The translations under genes were made by a program, and so were the position numbers. The notes under the pieces were generated by a model. That model did not search any database, had not been told where the DNA came from, and worked only from the letters and a program-made list of their open reading frames with translations. DNA of 64,000 nucleotides from a virus (taxonomy: Duplodnaviria; Heunggongvirae; Uroviricota; Caudoviricetes): the IMG/VR virus record IMGVR_UViG_3300037312_000757; one strand, given 5' to 3'. Position 1 is the stretch's first letter; every line of letters starts with the position of its first letter. Positions 26,958-35,460 of this stretch are shown piece after piece.

Positions 26958-27635
26958 TTATACAACAGAAAAACGTGAAATTACTTCTTTAATCCCCAAA
27001 ACCTCAATACCAGAGCGGTCCTCCGGGAACACAATCATGCCAAGTACGGAGAACGGATCAGAAACATCTACTTCTGGTTTTAAGCCAGGTTCAAAAAGCA
27101 TTTGCATCGCATTTCGATATTTCGCACCACAAAATTGGTAATTCATTACCGAAATACTTGGATCATAACCAGCCCATACCAATTTGGCATACGTCTTCAT
27201 GTCGACTAAAGCAGCGCGCGTGATGGCTTCAAGCGGAACACTGTCCTGATAGCCACACGTTCCGAGCGCTTTTAAGCTTTGCCGCCAGTCATACATGTGA
27301 GCGCGTTCACGATAGTACATCGTTCGCTCTTCCATGGTTCCTGGCACATCATCTTTGCCGCGATTCGTCTGCTCCACAGCATCTTCATCTGCGCAGAGCA
27401 TGAATTCATTCAGCATGTCGGTGTCGATCTCTAGCACGACTAGACGATCATCATGTTCTTCCTCACAAGCTTGCGCCGAGAAATACAGCGCATATGAGTC
27501 AGTCAGGTAGACCGTTTCATGATTGCTAGGGATACTGTGATCCCAGTTGCTCACCTGTGTTTGGTTCCGCGGGGTGAGCCCGTTCTTCAGGATACTGGGA
27601 AGATGACGGCTTGCTGTGCCGTGATAGAGAATCAT
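26958..27635 (-). CDS. KptA/Tpt1-like NAD-binding (ADP-ribosyltransferase-fold) domain protein
   Basis: N-terminus MILYHGTASRHLPSILKNGL closely matches the conserved LYHGT...IL.EGL segment of Tpt1/KptA. Lacks the Tpt1 N-terminal domain. ATGA-coupled to the upstream Zn-ribbon gene. Confidence 0.5.
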   Translation of the reverse strand: MILYHGTASRHLPSILKNGLTPRNQTQVSNWDHSIPSNHETVYLTDSYALYFSAQACEEEHDDRLVVLEIDTDMLNEFMLCADEDAVEQTNRGKDDVPGTMEERTMYYRERAHMYDWRQSLKALGTCGYQDSVPLEAITRAALVDMKTYAKLVWAGYDPSISVMNYQFCGAKYRNAMQMLFEPGLKPEVDVSDPFSVLGMIVFPEDRSGIEVLGIKEVISRFSVV

Positions 27636-27952
27636 GCTTTCGTCGCGAGCAGTTCGAGAGCTTCGGGGTCGAGAACGCAGAGATCGCCGTCCGGGAAATC
27701 GCGGTTTGCGCGGTTCAGCATATGAGCACAGTCACCGCAGTAGAACGCATATGAACCACGGTTCCACCACACAGCGCCAGGTCTCTGGCACGCGGTACGG
27801 TTGCAGCTACCCGCCTTCTTGCCCTTGTCTGCTTTCTTTTCGGGCTCCGTGTGAGCGATCAGCCCACGTGGGCCTGCGTTGGTGAGGAACATACCACGCA
27901 GGCTGGAATTTCGTGCAGACGGGATACCTTGGCGACGCGCCATTGATTTCAT
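27632..27952 (-). CDS. zinc-ribbon protein
   Basis: CNRTAC...CGDCAH four-Cys ribbon. GGAG at the start. Promoter-repeat variant upstream. Confidence 0.5.
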   Translation of the reverse strand: MKSMARRQGIPSARNSSLRGMFLTNAGPRGLIAHTEPEKKADKGKKAGSCNRTACQRPGAVWWNRGSYAFYCGDCAHMLNRANRDFPDGDLCVLDPEALELLATKA

Positions 27953-28013
27953 CTCCTGTTCGTTTACCGTATTCAGATGATATGTTCGTATGAATATGGT
28001 GTAAAGCGAATTT

Positions 28014-28370
28014 TCAGCTGTTTTGAGCCAGAATGATCGCGTACAATTTATGGCTCACCATTCGCAATTTGTCGGCGTCGACCTTCAAGTGTGCAAGTGC
28101 CCGCGCGATTTCATCAACTTCGAGGGCACGACGAGCCATCCGAACGACCGTGTAATCTTGCAGATCATCACGTTCAACTTCATCAAGCAAGTCCTCATAT
28201 TGCTCGTAGGTGAGCTTGAAGCCTTGCTTCTGCTGGCGATACTGGCAGTAGAACGCATGCTTGTTGATGTCGCCATTGATCTGCGGATCGGAAAGCTTGC
28301 AGTAAACGCACCGATAATACGGATTGCCTCCACCAATCGGTTCGGTGGGATAGTTGTGATCGTATGCCAT
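28014..28370 (-). CDS. hypothetical protein (CxxC...C pair)
   Basis: 118 aa. RBS GGAGAAAAC. Confidence 0.55.
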   Translation of the reverse strand: MAYDHNYPTEPIGGGNPYYRCVYCKLSDPQINGDINKHAFYCQYRQQKQGFKLTYEQYEDLLDEVERDDLQDYTVVRMARRALEVDEIARALAHLKVDADKLRMVSHKLYAIILAQNS

Positions 28371-28418
28371 GTTTTCTCCAAATGGAGAGAGCCCCCTTGG
28401 GAGCCCTTCCGCGCCGAC

Positions 28419-28787
28419 TTACTTTGCCTTGTACGTCTTCACCTTTTTGCGGCGAGCAGCGATACGCGGACGCTTGACCTTCACATCGCGAACGTCGAAC
28501 GACAGCTTGATCTTCGCAGCGTCCGTCTCGTCGGACAAGTACACCTTGTCCACGTAGATGATCTTGTTTTCGAATTCCTTCGGGCGACCCTTGACGCGCG
28601 TCGAATCCTTGTGCGTATAGCACACCACCTTGTAGTAGCCCTTCGCGTTCTCGCGGAGCCATGTCAGCACGTCTTCCGGAGCAAGCTGGCTGTTACCAAA
28701 CCAGAAACGCACCGGGAATGCGTAGTAGTGGCTGATGTCGCCAAAGCGTTCACTGTGGCGGCCGAAGTCTTTGATCGTTGTGGACAT
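28419..28787 (-). CDS. hypothetical protein with basic C-terminal tail
   Basis: Trimmed to MSTTIKD after GAGGAGG. KRPRIAARRKKVKTYKAK tail. Confidence 0.55.
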   Translation of the reverse strand: MSTTIKDFGRHSERFGDISHYYAFPVRFWFGNSQLAPEDVLTWLRENAKGYYKVVCYTHKDSTRVKGRPKEFENKIIYVDKVYLSDETDAAKIKLSFDVRDVKVKRPRIAARRKKVKTYKAK

Positions 28788-28862
28788 TCTGTACCTCCTC
28801 ACGTTGTTTACCATAACCAGATGATAAGTTCACATGAATATGGCGTCAAGCGTTTTGTTCAC

Positions 28863-29099
28863 CTAACTTTGCGGCACCCCGTCTGTGTACCCGAAGGGAC
28901 CATATCCACGAATGCTCACCAGGTACGTATCCCAGCCGCAACGATCGTCGAAGCCCTGAGGCAAGAAGCCAACGTCGTCCGGGCCAAAATGCGTCGCCAT
29001 GCGTTCGTTGATCTCTTTCAGCAAGTCTTCCTTCGTCTCAAAGTTGAAGACCGTGGCCAGTGATTCCGCTAGGTTACCGCGATGTTCACGTGCTCTCAT
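28863..29099 (-). CDS. hypothetical small protein
   Basis: 78 aa. AAGGAAGGG upstream. TAAATG junction. Confidence 0.5.
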   Translation of the reverse strand: MRAREHRGNLAESLATVFNFETKEDLLKEINERMATHFGPDDVGFLPQGFDDRCGWDTYLVSIRGYGPFGYTDGVPQS

Positions 29100-29464
29100 T
29101 TACAAAACCCTTCCTTTTGCGCAATGCGGCGCGTCATCGTCAGCACCGTAGTATCGAGAATGTCTTCGTGGCGATGCATACCGCTGCCTGTATAGGCCAC
29201 CACCTCGAAGTACGTTTGGTCACGACCACCAGTGAAATTACCCTGCTTGTAGTGGTAGTTGATGATCAGTTGCCGTTCGCTGTCGAAGATGAACGCAACT
29301 TGTGCAGTTTGATTGCCTGCACGATGCTGGTCCACTCGATGTACCACCTTCGATGCGCCAATTTCGTTGGCCAAGCTTTTGATGCCTTTAACATCGATCA
29401 AAAAGCAGTCATAGCTGGTTTCTTTCACAGCTTTGCGAACTTCACGCTTGTATTCAACTGTCAT
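29096..29464 (-). CDS. hypothetical protein
   Basis: 122 aa. RBS GGAG. Promoter repeat upstream. Confidence 0.55.
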   Translation of the reverse strand: MTVEYKREVRKAVKETSYDCFLIDVKGIKSLANEIGASKVVHRVDQHRAGNQTAQVAFIFDSERQLIINYHYKQGNFTGGRDQTYFEVVAYTGSGMHRHEDILDTTVLTMTRRIAQKEGFCK

Positions 29465-29469
29465 TTTGA

Positions 29470-29520
29470 TCTCCGCTGTTTACCATGTTCAAATGATACG
29501 TTCAAATGAACACGGTAGCA
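29470..29520 (-). promoter_or_regulatory. conserved promoter/operator/leader repeat copy
   Basis: tttaccatgttcaaatgatacgttcaaatgaacacggtagcaagcg. Confidence 0.55.
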
Positions 29521-29527
29521 AGCGAAT

Positions 29528-29983
29528 TCATTCATCTTGTCCACGACTTTTCATCGCACGTTGCACTTCTCGCTTCACTTCGCGATCCTTGATCGCTTCG
29601 CGCTTGTCGTGCTGCTTCTTGCCCTTAGCAAGCCCGATTTCAACTTTGACCCGCCCACGATGATAGTGCAGGTTCAGTGGCACTACGGTGTAGCCAGCGG
29701 TTGCCACTTTGCCCGAGAGCTTGTCGATCTCGCTCTGATTCAGCAGAAGCTTCCTGGTGCGTACCGGATCAGGCTTGATGTGCGTGGAGGCTTCCGGCAA
29801 CGGGCTGATGTGAGAGCCCAACAGGTAGAACGCACCGTCACGGAAGAACACGTAGGCTTCCTGAAGCGAAGTACGCCCAGCGCGGATGGCTTTCACTTCC
29901 CAGCCCTCCAACACGAGACCAGCTTGAAACTTGGTCTCGATGAAGTAGTCGTGGAAAGCTTTTCGATTTTCAACGATCGACAT
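29528..29983 (-). CDS. smpB: SsrA-binding protein SmpB
   Basis: Full-length match to the SmpB pattern ([26 protein letters not shown]...L.EAY......LLG.HISP.......DP.RTRKLLL...EI.KL......GYT.VPL.L....R.KVE..LAKGKK.HDKRE) including the basic C-terminal tail. Confidence 0.85.
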   Translation of the reverse strand: MSIVENRKAFHDYFIETKFQAGLVLEGWEVKAIRAGRTSLQEAYVFFRDGAFYLLGSHISPLPEASTHIKPDPVRTRKLLLNQSEIDKLSGKVATAGYTVVPLNLHYHRGRVKVEIGLAKGKKQHDKREAIKDREVKREVQRAMKSRGQDE

Positions 29984-29989
29984 TTACAG

Positions 29990-30205
29990 TCAGAGCCCCG
30001 TATCGAATAGAATGTCAGACCACTTGTGGCCGGTTTCATCATCTTCCCGCGCGTTGAGTGGGGAGACGCTTTTGACCTGGTTGCTGAAGCCGTTGTGCTC
30101 GACCCACACTTCAGTGGGATCACCAATGTTGTCGGTTTCCGGCCAGTCCTTTATGAGCTCCTTCAGCTCCTTGACAGTCAGCCCGTTGGGAAATTGAACG
30201 ATCAT
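29990..30205 (-). CDS. hypothetical small protein
   Basis: Track ORF trimmed to MIVQFPNGLTVKEL (AGGA upstream). The longer N-terminal extension is low-complexity overlap. Confidence 0.45.
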   Translation of the reverse strand: MIVQFPNGLTVKELKELIKDWPETDNIGDPTEVWVEHNGFSNQVKSVSPLNAREDDETGHKWSDILFDTGL

Positions 30206-30206
30206 G

Positions 30207-30455
30207 TTAGTCCTTGACGTTGCGGTTGCGGTAGGCATCGCCACGGTAAGCATTACGGCGACGGGCGGCGTAAGCACGTCCACGGTTGTTGACGACGGGC
30301 TCGATCTTACCGGTGACGCTGTTGATGATCGCGACCGGGATGTCACCGAACGTCTTGATGAATGAGAAACGACGGCGGGCCTTAGCGCCCTTGATAGCAC
30401 GAACATGCACCTGCTTCTCGATAATCGGCACTGCAATGTCTTGCCAGATAACCAT
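30207..30455 (-). CDS. small basic (Arg-rich tail) protein
   Basis: Trimmed to MVIWQDIAVP after AAAGGAGGAAAG. Promoter repeat upstream. Confidence 0.5.
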   Translation of the reverse strand: MVIWQDIAVPIIEKQVHVRAIKGAKARRRFSFIKTFGDIPVAIINSVTGKIEPVVNNRGRAYAARRRNAYRGDAYRNRNVKD

Positions 30456-30516
30456 CTTTCCTCCTTTGTTTACCATTGCCCAGATGATACGTTCACCTGA
30501 GCAAGGCTGCAACTGA

Positions 30517-30831
30517 TTACTGAGCGGCTTGCGCTTTTTTAGCTGCGTTGCGCTGACGGGTGTCGAACGCTTTGAAGCGACGCACAAGCTCCTTTTTGAC
30601 AGCTTGCGAGTTTTCCGAGCGATATGCGCCAGAATTGACTGCCATGTCGAGCGCTTGCATTGCACCCTTGTGTGTGCAGCGGAGTTTGGCGTCTTCCTGC
30701 TCTTCGGACGGTGTCTCGAGCAGAGCAGCGAGGTACTCTTCGCCATACTGGCCGACGTTTGCGCATTCCTTGCGGATGAGTTGGGCAAGTTCGTTCAGCG
30801 TCATCTTCTTCAGCTCGTCTTGCGTCAGCAT
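30517..30831 (-). CDS. hypothetical protein
   Basis: Trimmed to MLTQDELKK. The MVNNTEEQQ prefix is the translated leader. Confidence 0.55.
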   Translation of the reverse strand: MLTQDELKKMTLNELAQLIRKECANVGQYGEEYLAALLETPSEEQEDAKLRCTHKGAMQALDMAVNSGAYRSENSQAVKKELVRRFKAFDTRQRNAAKKAQAAQ

Positions 30832-30905
30832 CTGTTGCTCCTCTGTGTTGTTCACCATGTAAAGATGATAGTTTCATATGAACAAACAGTCAACGTTCAA
30901 ATGAA

Positions 30906-30931
30906 TTTAGGGGCGAAATATTTCGCCCCTA
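30906..30931 (-). terminator. intrinsic terminator
   Basis: TTAGGGGCGAAAtatTTCGCCCCTAA. Confidence 0.5.
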
Positions 30932-30954
30932 ATGTTTACTGCTGAAGCAGCAGC

Positions 30955-31350
30955 TTAGAAGCTGAAGTCGTGATACGTTTCGCGCGAGCCAATGCGAACA
31001 CCACCACACGTCGACTTCTTCCAGCGACCAGTTTCCGGGCTCTTGTACACTCGTTCCCACATTCCGTTTGTGGCAGTGCGGAACGTTTCCGTGCGGCCAT
31101 TCGCGTTCGGCGAGTATTCGTAGTCTTGACACTCGCTCATGCCGTTCTTGTCGATGCGCTTCGAGTGATCTTCTTGAACCGTGATGTACATCTTGCCGCG
31201 GATCGTTTCCACCTTCGTGATCGTACCAGCATGGCGATCCGTGTAGGACAGCAGAGTAGCGCCCATGCCAACTTCCGGGGTCGGTTGTCCCTTCACACCA
31301 CGTGCATAAAGGTGATTGACCAGGCTGCCAGTTTGTTGTGCGTAGCTCAT
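30955..31350 (-). CDS. hypothetical protein
   Basis: 131 aa. RBS AAAGGAGAAACG. Confidence 0.55.
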   Translation of the reverse strand: MSYAQQTGSLVNHLYARGVKGQPTPEVGMGATLLSYTDRHAGTITKVETIRGKMYITVQEDHSKRIDKNGMSECQDYEYSPNANGRTETFRTATNGMWERVYKSPETGRWKKSTCGGVRIGSRETYHDFSF

Positions 31351-31502
31351 TGCGTTTCTCCTTTGCTGTTTACCATGTTCCTATGGTATGTTCATTTGAA
31401 CATGATTACAAGCACCAAATGAATTATTTTTCTGCTTGATGAACATTCATCTGGTATGTTAACCTGAAAGTAGCCAGCTTTTCACCATGATGAGCTCAAA
31501 AG

Positions 31503-31529
31503 AAAACGGGAAGCAATGCTTCCCGTTTT
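31503..31529. terminator. bidirectional intrinsic terminator
   Basis: AAAACGGGAAGCaatGCTTCCCGTTTT. Confidence 0.6.
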
Positions 31530-31546
31530 CACAACGTTCGTTTGAT

Positions 31547-32371
31547 TTACTTCTTGGCTACATCAATTACCTTTGCCACCCCGCCAATGTTATCGGCTTG
31601 TGTTTGGGCCGCGTTGGCGTTGCGCCACGCGATCACTTGTTCGGGCGTGAGATGCGCAGCATCAGCAGCGGCTCGAAGTGCTTCTGCGTCAATTGACGCT
31701 TTCTGCCGAGCAAGTTCCTTGCGTTGTGCAATCAGCGCAAGTTCAGCAGCATTGCTCTCTCGCTCTGCGTTGAACGACGCAACCTTGTTCACCTGTTGCT
31801 GAATAGAATCTGGCAACTTAAAGTGTGTCGTCGTAACGTTCACTGACAAAAACGCATCAGGATAACGTTGATCCAGCAATCGTTTGAATTCAGCTGATGC
31901 TTTCTCGTCATACGCTTGTGTATTTTTGGCAATAGCAACCGGATTGTCAGTTTCAGTTACCGTTTGCATCACACCAGGTGCCCACTGTTTGATGGCCTCA
32001 AGCCCGATCGTTGTATATTCTCGATTGCTACCATCTTTGTATGTGTCAAGTTCATGTGTGGTAGAATAGAACTGTGATACATGCTGTGGATTGAGCGTAT
32101 AAGTGACAATGATATCAAGATCATCCACAGGCACGCCATCAGCATCTTTTGGTGTCAGGTTATTTACCACTACCCTTGTGGGTGTGGTGTCGACTTCGGC
32201 GAGGATCGAATCGAAGAACATCCAGTGAAATCCAGGTGTAGCGACCTCAGGGTCGATCTTGCCACCCCAATGCTTGACGATGCCAATATTACCTGATTCA
32301 ATCCGCGAGCATCCACTCATCGCAAGAATGATGGTTGCAAGCGCAGCAAAAAGTGCTAGAGTGCGTTTCAT
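31547..32371 (-). CDS. SPFH/band-7 (prohibitin/HflKC-like) lipoprotein
   Basis: Start at MKRTLALFAALATIILAMSGC (lipobox) after ACGGAGGT. GIVKHWGGKIDPEVATPGFHW... SPFH-type core plus an Ala/Glu coiled-coil tail. Confidence 0.55.
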   Translation of the reverse strand: MKRTLALFAALATIILAMSGCSRIESGNIGIVKHWGGKIDPEVATPGFHWMFFDSILAEVDTTPTRVVVNNLTPKDADGVPVDDLDIIVTYTLNPQHVSQFYSTTHELDTYKDGSNREYTTIGLEAIKQWAPGVMQTVTETDNPVAIAKNTQAYDEKASAEFKRLLDQRYPDAFLSVNVTTTHFKLPDSIQQQVNKVASFNAERESNAAELALIAQRKELARQKASIDAEALRAAADAAHLTPEQVIAWRNANAAQTQADNIGGVAKVIDVAKK

Positions 32372-32420
32372 TATACCTCCGTAGATTGTTTGGTGCGCCA
32401 TTATATATGAATGGCAAATG

Positions 32421-32447
32421 AAAAGCGGGAGTATTGCTCCCGCTTTT
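32421..32447. terminator. bidirectional intrinsic terminator
   Basis: AAAAGCGGGAGtattgCTCCCGCTTTT. Confidence 0.6.
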
Positions 32448-32459
32448 GCCACTTACCGC

Positions 32460-33116
32460 TTACCAGCCGAAACGATCGCGCAGCTCTTTGCGACGTGCGC
32501 GCGTATCAGCACGTTTCGCACCAGCGTCAGCAGCTTCCGCCTTGTGCGCGTTGTAGCACGCGTCCAGCTCGACGTTGAATCCCTGCTTCTGCTTCATCTT
32601 GATCGTCACACCAGCGTGCTCGTAGCGCACCCAGCCCATGCGCGAGCCGACGCGCGTGTACGACGTGGTAGTGCGGAAGCCCTTCAGCTTGCATTGCTTG
32701 TAGTCGACTTCACACACCTTGAAGTCGTATTCATCATCAGCAGTGATGACCGTTACAATGTCGCCAGGACGCACGTCGTTGCCGGCCAGGTTCTCCTGGT
32801 ACTTTGCTTCGCGCTTCTTGTAGTCAGCTTGCAGCTTGTCGATTACCTTCTTACGCGAGGCGGCCGTTGCCTGTTTCGCGATTTTCATGACCTTTGCCAG
32901 CTTGGCGGCAGTGTCGACACCGTATTCGATGCGCATCTTCCACCAGTACGAGGAGCCGGGATTCTTGCCGCCCAAGCTTTCGAAGTTATACGTGACAAAC
33001 GTGCGCGTGCGTTCGATCGACACGAGACGGGAGCGACCATACTTCACATCGTACTTCGTGTTCGCTTCGTATTCGACTTCAGCGCCAACGACGAACAGTT
33101 CCGAATTCTTGGTCAT
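32460..33116 (-). CDS. hypothetical protein
   Basis: Trimmed to MTKNSELF after the leader. Confidence 0.6.
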   Translation of the reverse strand: MTKNSELFVVGAEVEYEANTKYDVKYGRSRLVSIERTRTFVTYNFESLGGKNPGSSYWWKMRIEYGVDTAAKLAKVMKIAKQATAASRKKVIDKLQADYKKREAKYQENLAGNDVRPGDIVTVITADDEYDFKVCEVDYKQCKLKGFRTTTSYTRVGSRMGWVRYEHAGVTIKMKQKQGFNVELDACYNAHKAEAADAGAKRADTRARRKELRDRFGW

Positions 33117-33223
33117 TTGCTGCTCTCCTGTGTTGTTTACCATGTGTCACATTATGTGTTCATTTGGCTACGTTTGCAAGCACTTGTTGAATTAAATGAA
33201 CAATTATTTTTGTGCATATGAAA

Positions 33224-33248
33224 AAAGAGCCCACACAGTGGGCTCTTT
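33224..33248 (-). terminator. intrinsic terminator
   Basis: AAAGAGCCCACacaGTGGGCTCTTT plus T6 on the minus strand. Confidence 0.6.
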
Positions 33249-33249
33249 C

Positions 33250-33414
33250 TCAATCCTTATCTGGATCGAACCGCTCAGTCTTCTTGCGCGGTAGCTGCTT
33301 GAGATCGTACGTCTTAGAGCGGTCATACGACTCGCGCCAGCGTTTGTACACCCGCTTGATCTTAGCACTATTGCAGCCGCAACCACGCAGGCGTTTCAGT
33401 CCTCGACGTTTCAT
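33250..33414 (-). CDS. small highly basic protein (54 aa, GCGC motif)
   Basis: Below the track cutoff. GAGGAGG 6 nt upstream of ATG. Terminator 33224-33248 downstream. The track ORF 33204..33386 is a different frame. Confidence 0.45.
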   Translation of the reverse strand: MKRRGLKRLRGCGCNSAKIKRVYKRWRESYDRSKTYDLKQLPRKKTERFDPDKD

Positions 33415-33479
33415 GGTTCCTCCTCAGGTTAAATTCACCTAGGGGAAACCGTCCTCTGCTTGTTTCATGTTGCCTCCTT

Positions 33480-33824
33480 TTACGGCTTCAACAGATCGGC
33501 GAGATCGTCGAAGTAGTTGGCGACTTCCGAGTAACCTGAACTATGACCATGTTCCCATGCGATATCGAACGCGCGGTTCGCCTTCGGGTGGGCAGTCACA
33601 CCATGTTCATCGAACAAGTCAGCCTTGAATTCCCGTTCCAGCGCGTTCTGCAGATCGCGGTACTTGCGCGTTTCTGCGTAATAGGCATCCTTGTCGAAGT
33701 CTTCTTCGATGATGCAGCCAGCGTCTCGATATTCCTTCAGTGCATTGGCATCGATCTTGTTCTTTGCTACGCCATTCACGATCGTCTTGCCCTTGCTGTA
33801 GACGAACAGGCTTCGCAGCGTCAC
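33480..33824 (-). CDS. hypothetical protein (GTG start coupled to a 21-codon leader ORF)
   Basis: 114 aa. The only in-frame start is a GTG overlapping the TGA of an upstream 21-codon ORF that carries the promoter-repeat RBS. Confidence 0.5.
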   Translation of the reverse strand: MTLRSLFVYSKGKTIVNGVAKNKIDANALKEYRDAGCIIEEDFDKDAYYAETRKYRDLQNALEREFKADLFDEHGVTAHPKANRAFDIAWEHGHSSGYSEVANYFDDLADLLKP

Positions 33825-33894
33825 CGGTTCGGGTAAGCCATCGGAACAGCATTGTAGTAATCGAAATTCTTGAGACCCATCTTCATTTCTCCTT

Positions 33895-33945
33895 GAGTTT
33901 GTTTACCATGTTCAAATGGTAAATTCACCTGAAGAATGAATCAAG
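33895..33945 (-). promoter_or_regulatory. conserved early-promoter/operator/leader repeat (consensus copy)
   Basis: Plus-strand tgTTTACCATgttcaaATGGTAAAttcacctgaa...tcaagtg. On the coding strand this reads cTTGAyT-N17-TACCAT then TGAACATGGTAAACA, then GGAGA-N5-8-ATG. One of at least 40 copies (listed in the findings). Confidence 0.6.
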
Positions 33946-34204
33946 TGTTTTTCACTACGTTGTCAGAAAATGTCAGCTTGAACTGCATGGCGATCAACTC
34001 ATCGCGGAATGCATAGACGTTGATCAGATGCACAAAGTCATCACTTTGGCATTGTGCAGCCAGCCATGCCTGAGCCTCGTCCTTAACACGCGGCGCAATG
34101 AGTTGATACTGGAATGGATAATGGCGCCGCAGAAGCGTGGCGCTGTTTTCGTTGGGTTTGCGGGGTTGAGCTTTAACAAAGTCAACCCATTCTAATGGAG
34201 TCAT
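33941..34204 (-). CDS. paralog family A small protein (C-terminal F..LTF motif)
   Basis: 87 aa ending ...DELIAMQFKLTFSDNVVKNT. ATGA-coupled. Confidence 0.5.
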   Translation of the reverse strand: MTPLEWVDFVKAQPRKPNENSATLLRRHYPFQYQLIAPRVKDEAQAWLAAQCQSDDFVHLINVYAFRDELIAMQFKLTFSDNVVKNT

Positions 34205-34518
34205 GCGATACCGTAAGTTAATTTAAACATTGCTGCGTCACCAAGTTCCTCGAAACACCAAATAGCACTGATGCCTTTGGGCGTCGATACGATGGCACCG
34301 AATTCACCTGTCGTGTTGTTATCGAGAAATTCGTCCAGGTCAGCGGTCTTGCGACCAGCTTCACGGAAAGCTCGGCGGTGATCATCGGTCAGCACCACAT
34401 AGCCTTCAGGGACAAAACCGAGATCATCAACACCACGGATGATAGCTGGCCAGAAAACGTCACGAATGTTCGCGTCTGCGAGGACCTGTTCTAGCCTCTT
34501 CATCTGCGCTTGGTTCAT
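34201..34518 (-). CDS. paralog family A small protein
   Basis: 105 aa ending ...ELGDAAMFKLTYGIA. RBS GGAGAGAG. Promoter repeat upstream. Confidence 0.55.
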   Translation of the reverse strand: MNQAQMKRLEQVLADANIRDVFWPAIIRGVDDLGFVPEGYVVLTDDHRRAFREAGRKTADLDEFLDNNTTGEFGAIVSTPKGISAIWCFEELGDAAMFKLTYGIA

Positions 34519-34571
34519 ATCTCTCTCCGTGGTTTACCGTAGCCAGATGATACTTTCACTTGAACCAAGAA

Positions 34572-34880
34572 TCAACACCACGTCAGCTTGAATATAGCAG
34601 CTTCGGACAGGTCTTCAAACACCATCACCATAGCGATATCGGTGAATGCCGGTGAGGTTAGTCGGTGAAATTCACCTTTAACGTTATCAGCCATCCAATC
34701 AAAGAAATAGTCAACAGTTAGGTTCGGGAATGTTTCGTTGCTGATGACTACAAATCCCTGTGGTTTGAATGGCAACGCTTTCAAAATCTTCTCGAAGGTT
34801 TCAAGCTCCCAATCACGTTGGCTGAACATGGTGGGCTTGCAACCGTAAAACTCGTTGAGGGTCTCAGTCAGAGTTTTCAT
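34572..34880 (-). CDS. paralog family A small protein
   Basis: 102 aa ending ...DLSEAAIFKLTWC. TGAATGA junction. Confidence 0.55.
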   Translation of the reverse strand: MKTLTETLNEFYGCKPTMFSQRDWELETFEKILKALPFKPQGFVVISNETFPNLTVDYFFDWMADNVKGEFHRLTSPAFTDIAMVMVFEDLSEAAIFKLTWC

Positions 34881-35140
34881 TCAAATGCAAGCTTGCAAGC
34901 AATAGCATCGGCCATCGACTCAAAGTAGATGCCGTTGCAGAACTGGGGATTGAAATACCGACTCGCCAAGCTGTCGAACCATTCCTTGTTATCCCGCACT
35001 AACTTGACTGCGGCCGTATTGTAGCAGCGCAATACACAAGCAGGAGTCCAGCAAATCGTGGTAAGTTTGAGTCTGCGTACTTCTTTCACATTAGGACGTT
35101 CATCAATGAAATCCTCTACTGTCATTATTTTAAGCGCCAT
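34877..35140 (-). CDS. paralog family A small protein
   Basis: 87 aa ending ...MADAIACKLAFE. Confidence 0.5.
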   Translation of the reverse strand: MALKIMTVEDFIDERPNVKEVRRLKLTTICWTPACVLRCYNTAAVKLVRDNKEWFDSLASRYFNPQFCNGIYFESMADAIACKLAFE

Positions 35141-35417
35141 CGACTAGCCATGTAAGTTTGAACATCAGTGCAACATTTTCATCAGTGAAGAACCAATACT
35201 TGTCGCTTTTTCGTTGAGCGTTTCGCCCTGTTCTTTGCACCAGTTGCGCATATTCTTTAATGCCCCACGGGTCCAAATTCCTGACACGTAGAACAATCGT
35301 GACATTGTGTTCCAGCAAGCGTCTGGCGAGTTCTGGACGATGTGCTGGGTTTTGATAGCGCACGTAATCAAGAACAGGAATTACAGCGCTGCCATCGTCG
35401 TTTAATGTGATTGCCAT
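35130..35417 (-). CDS. paralog family A small protein
   Basis: 95 aa ending ...ENVALMFKLTWLVDGA. Begins 10 nt after an intrinsic terminator. Confidence 0.5.
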   Translation of the reverse strand: MAITLNDDGSAVIPVLDYVRYQNPAHRPELARRLLEHNVTIVLRVRNLDPWGIKEYAQLVQRTGRNAQRKSDKYWFFTDENVALMFKLTWLVDGA

Positions 35418-35427
35418 ATGGTGAAAA

Positions 35428-35445
35428 GGGGAACTTTTGTTCCCC
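35428..35445 (-). terminator. intrinsic terminator
   Basis: GGGGAACaaaaGTTCCCC plus TTTT on the minus strand. Immediately precedes the ATG of the gene at 35417. Confidence 0.55.
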
Positions 35446-35460
35446 TAGTGTAGCACAGCA

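Noticed and set aside
28023-29063. 346-aa plus-strand ORF
   Set aside because: It lies antisense to four well-supported minus-strand genes with RBSs and promoter repeats. Its composition is typical of GC-rich antisense frames.
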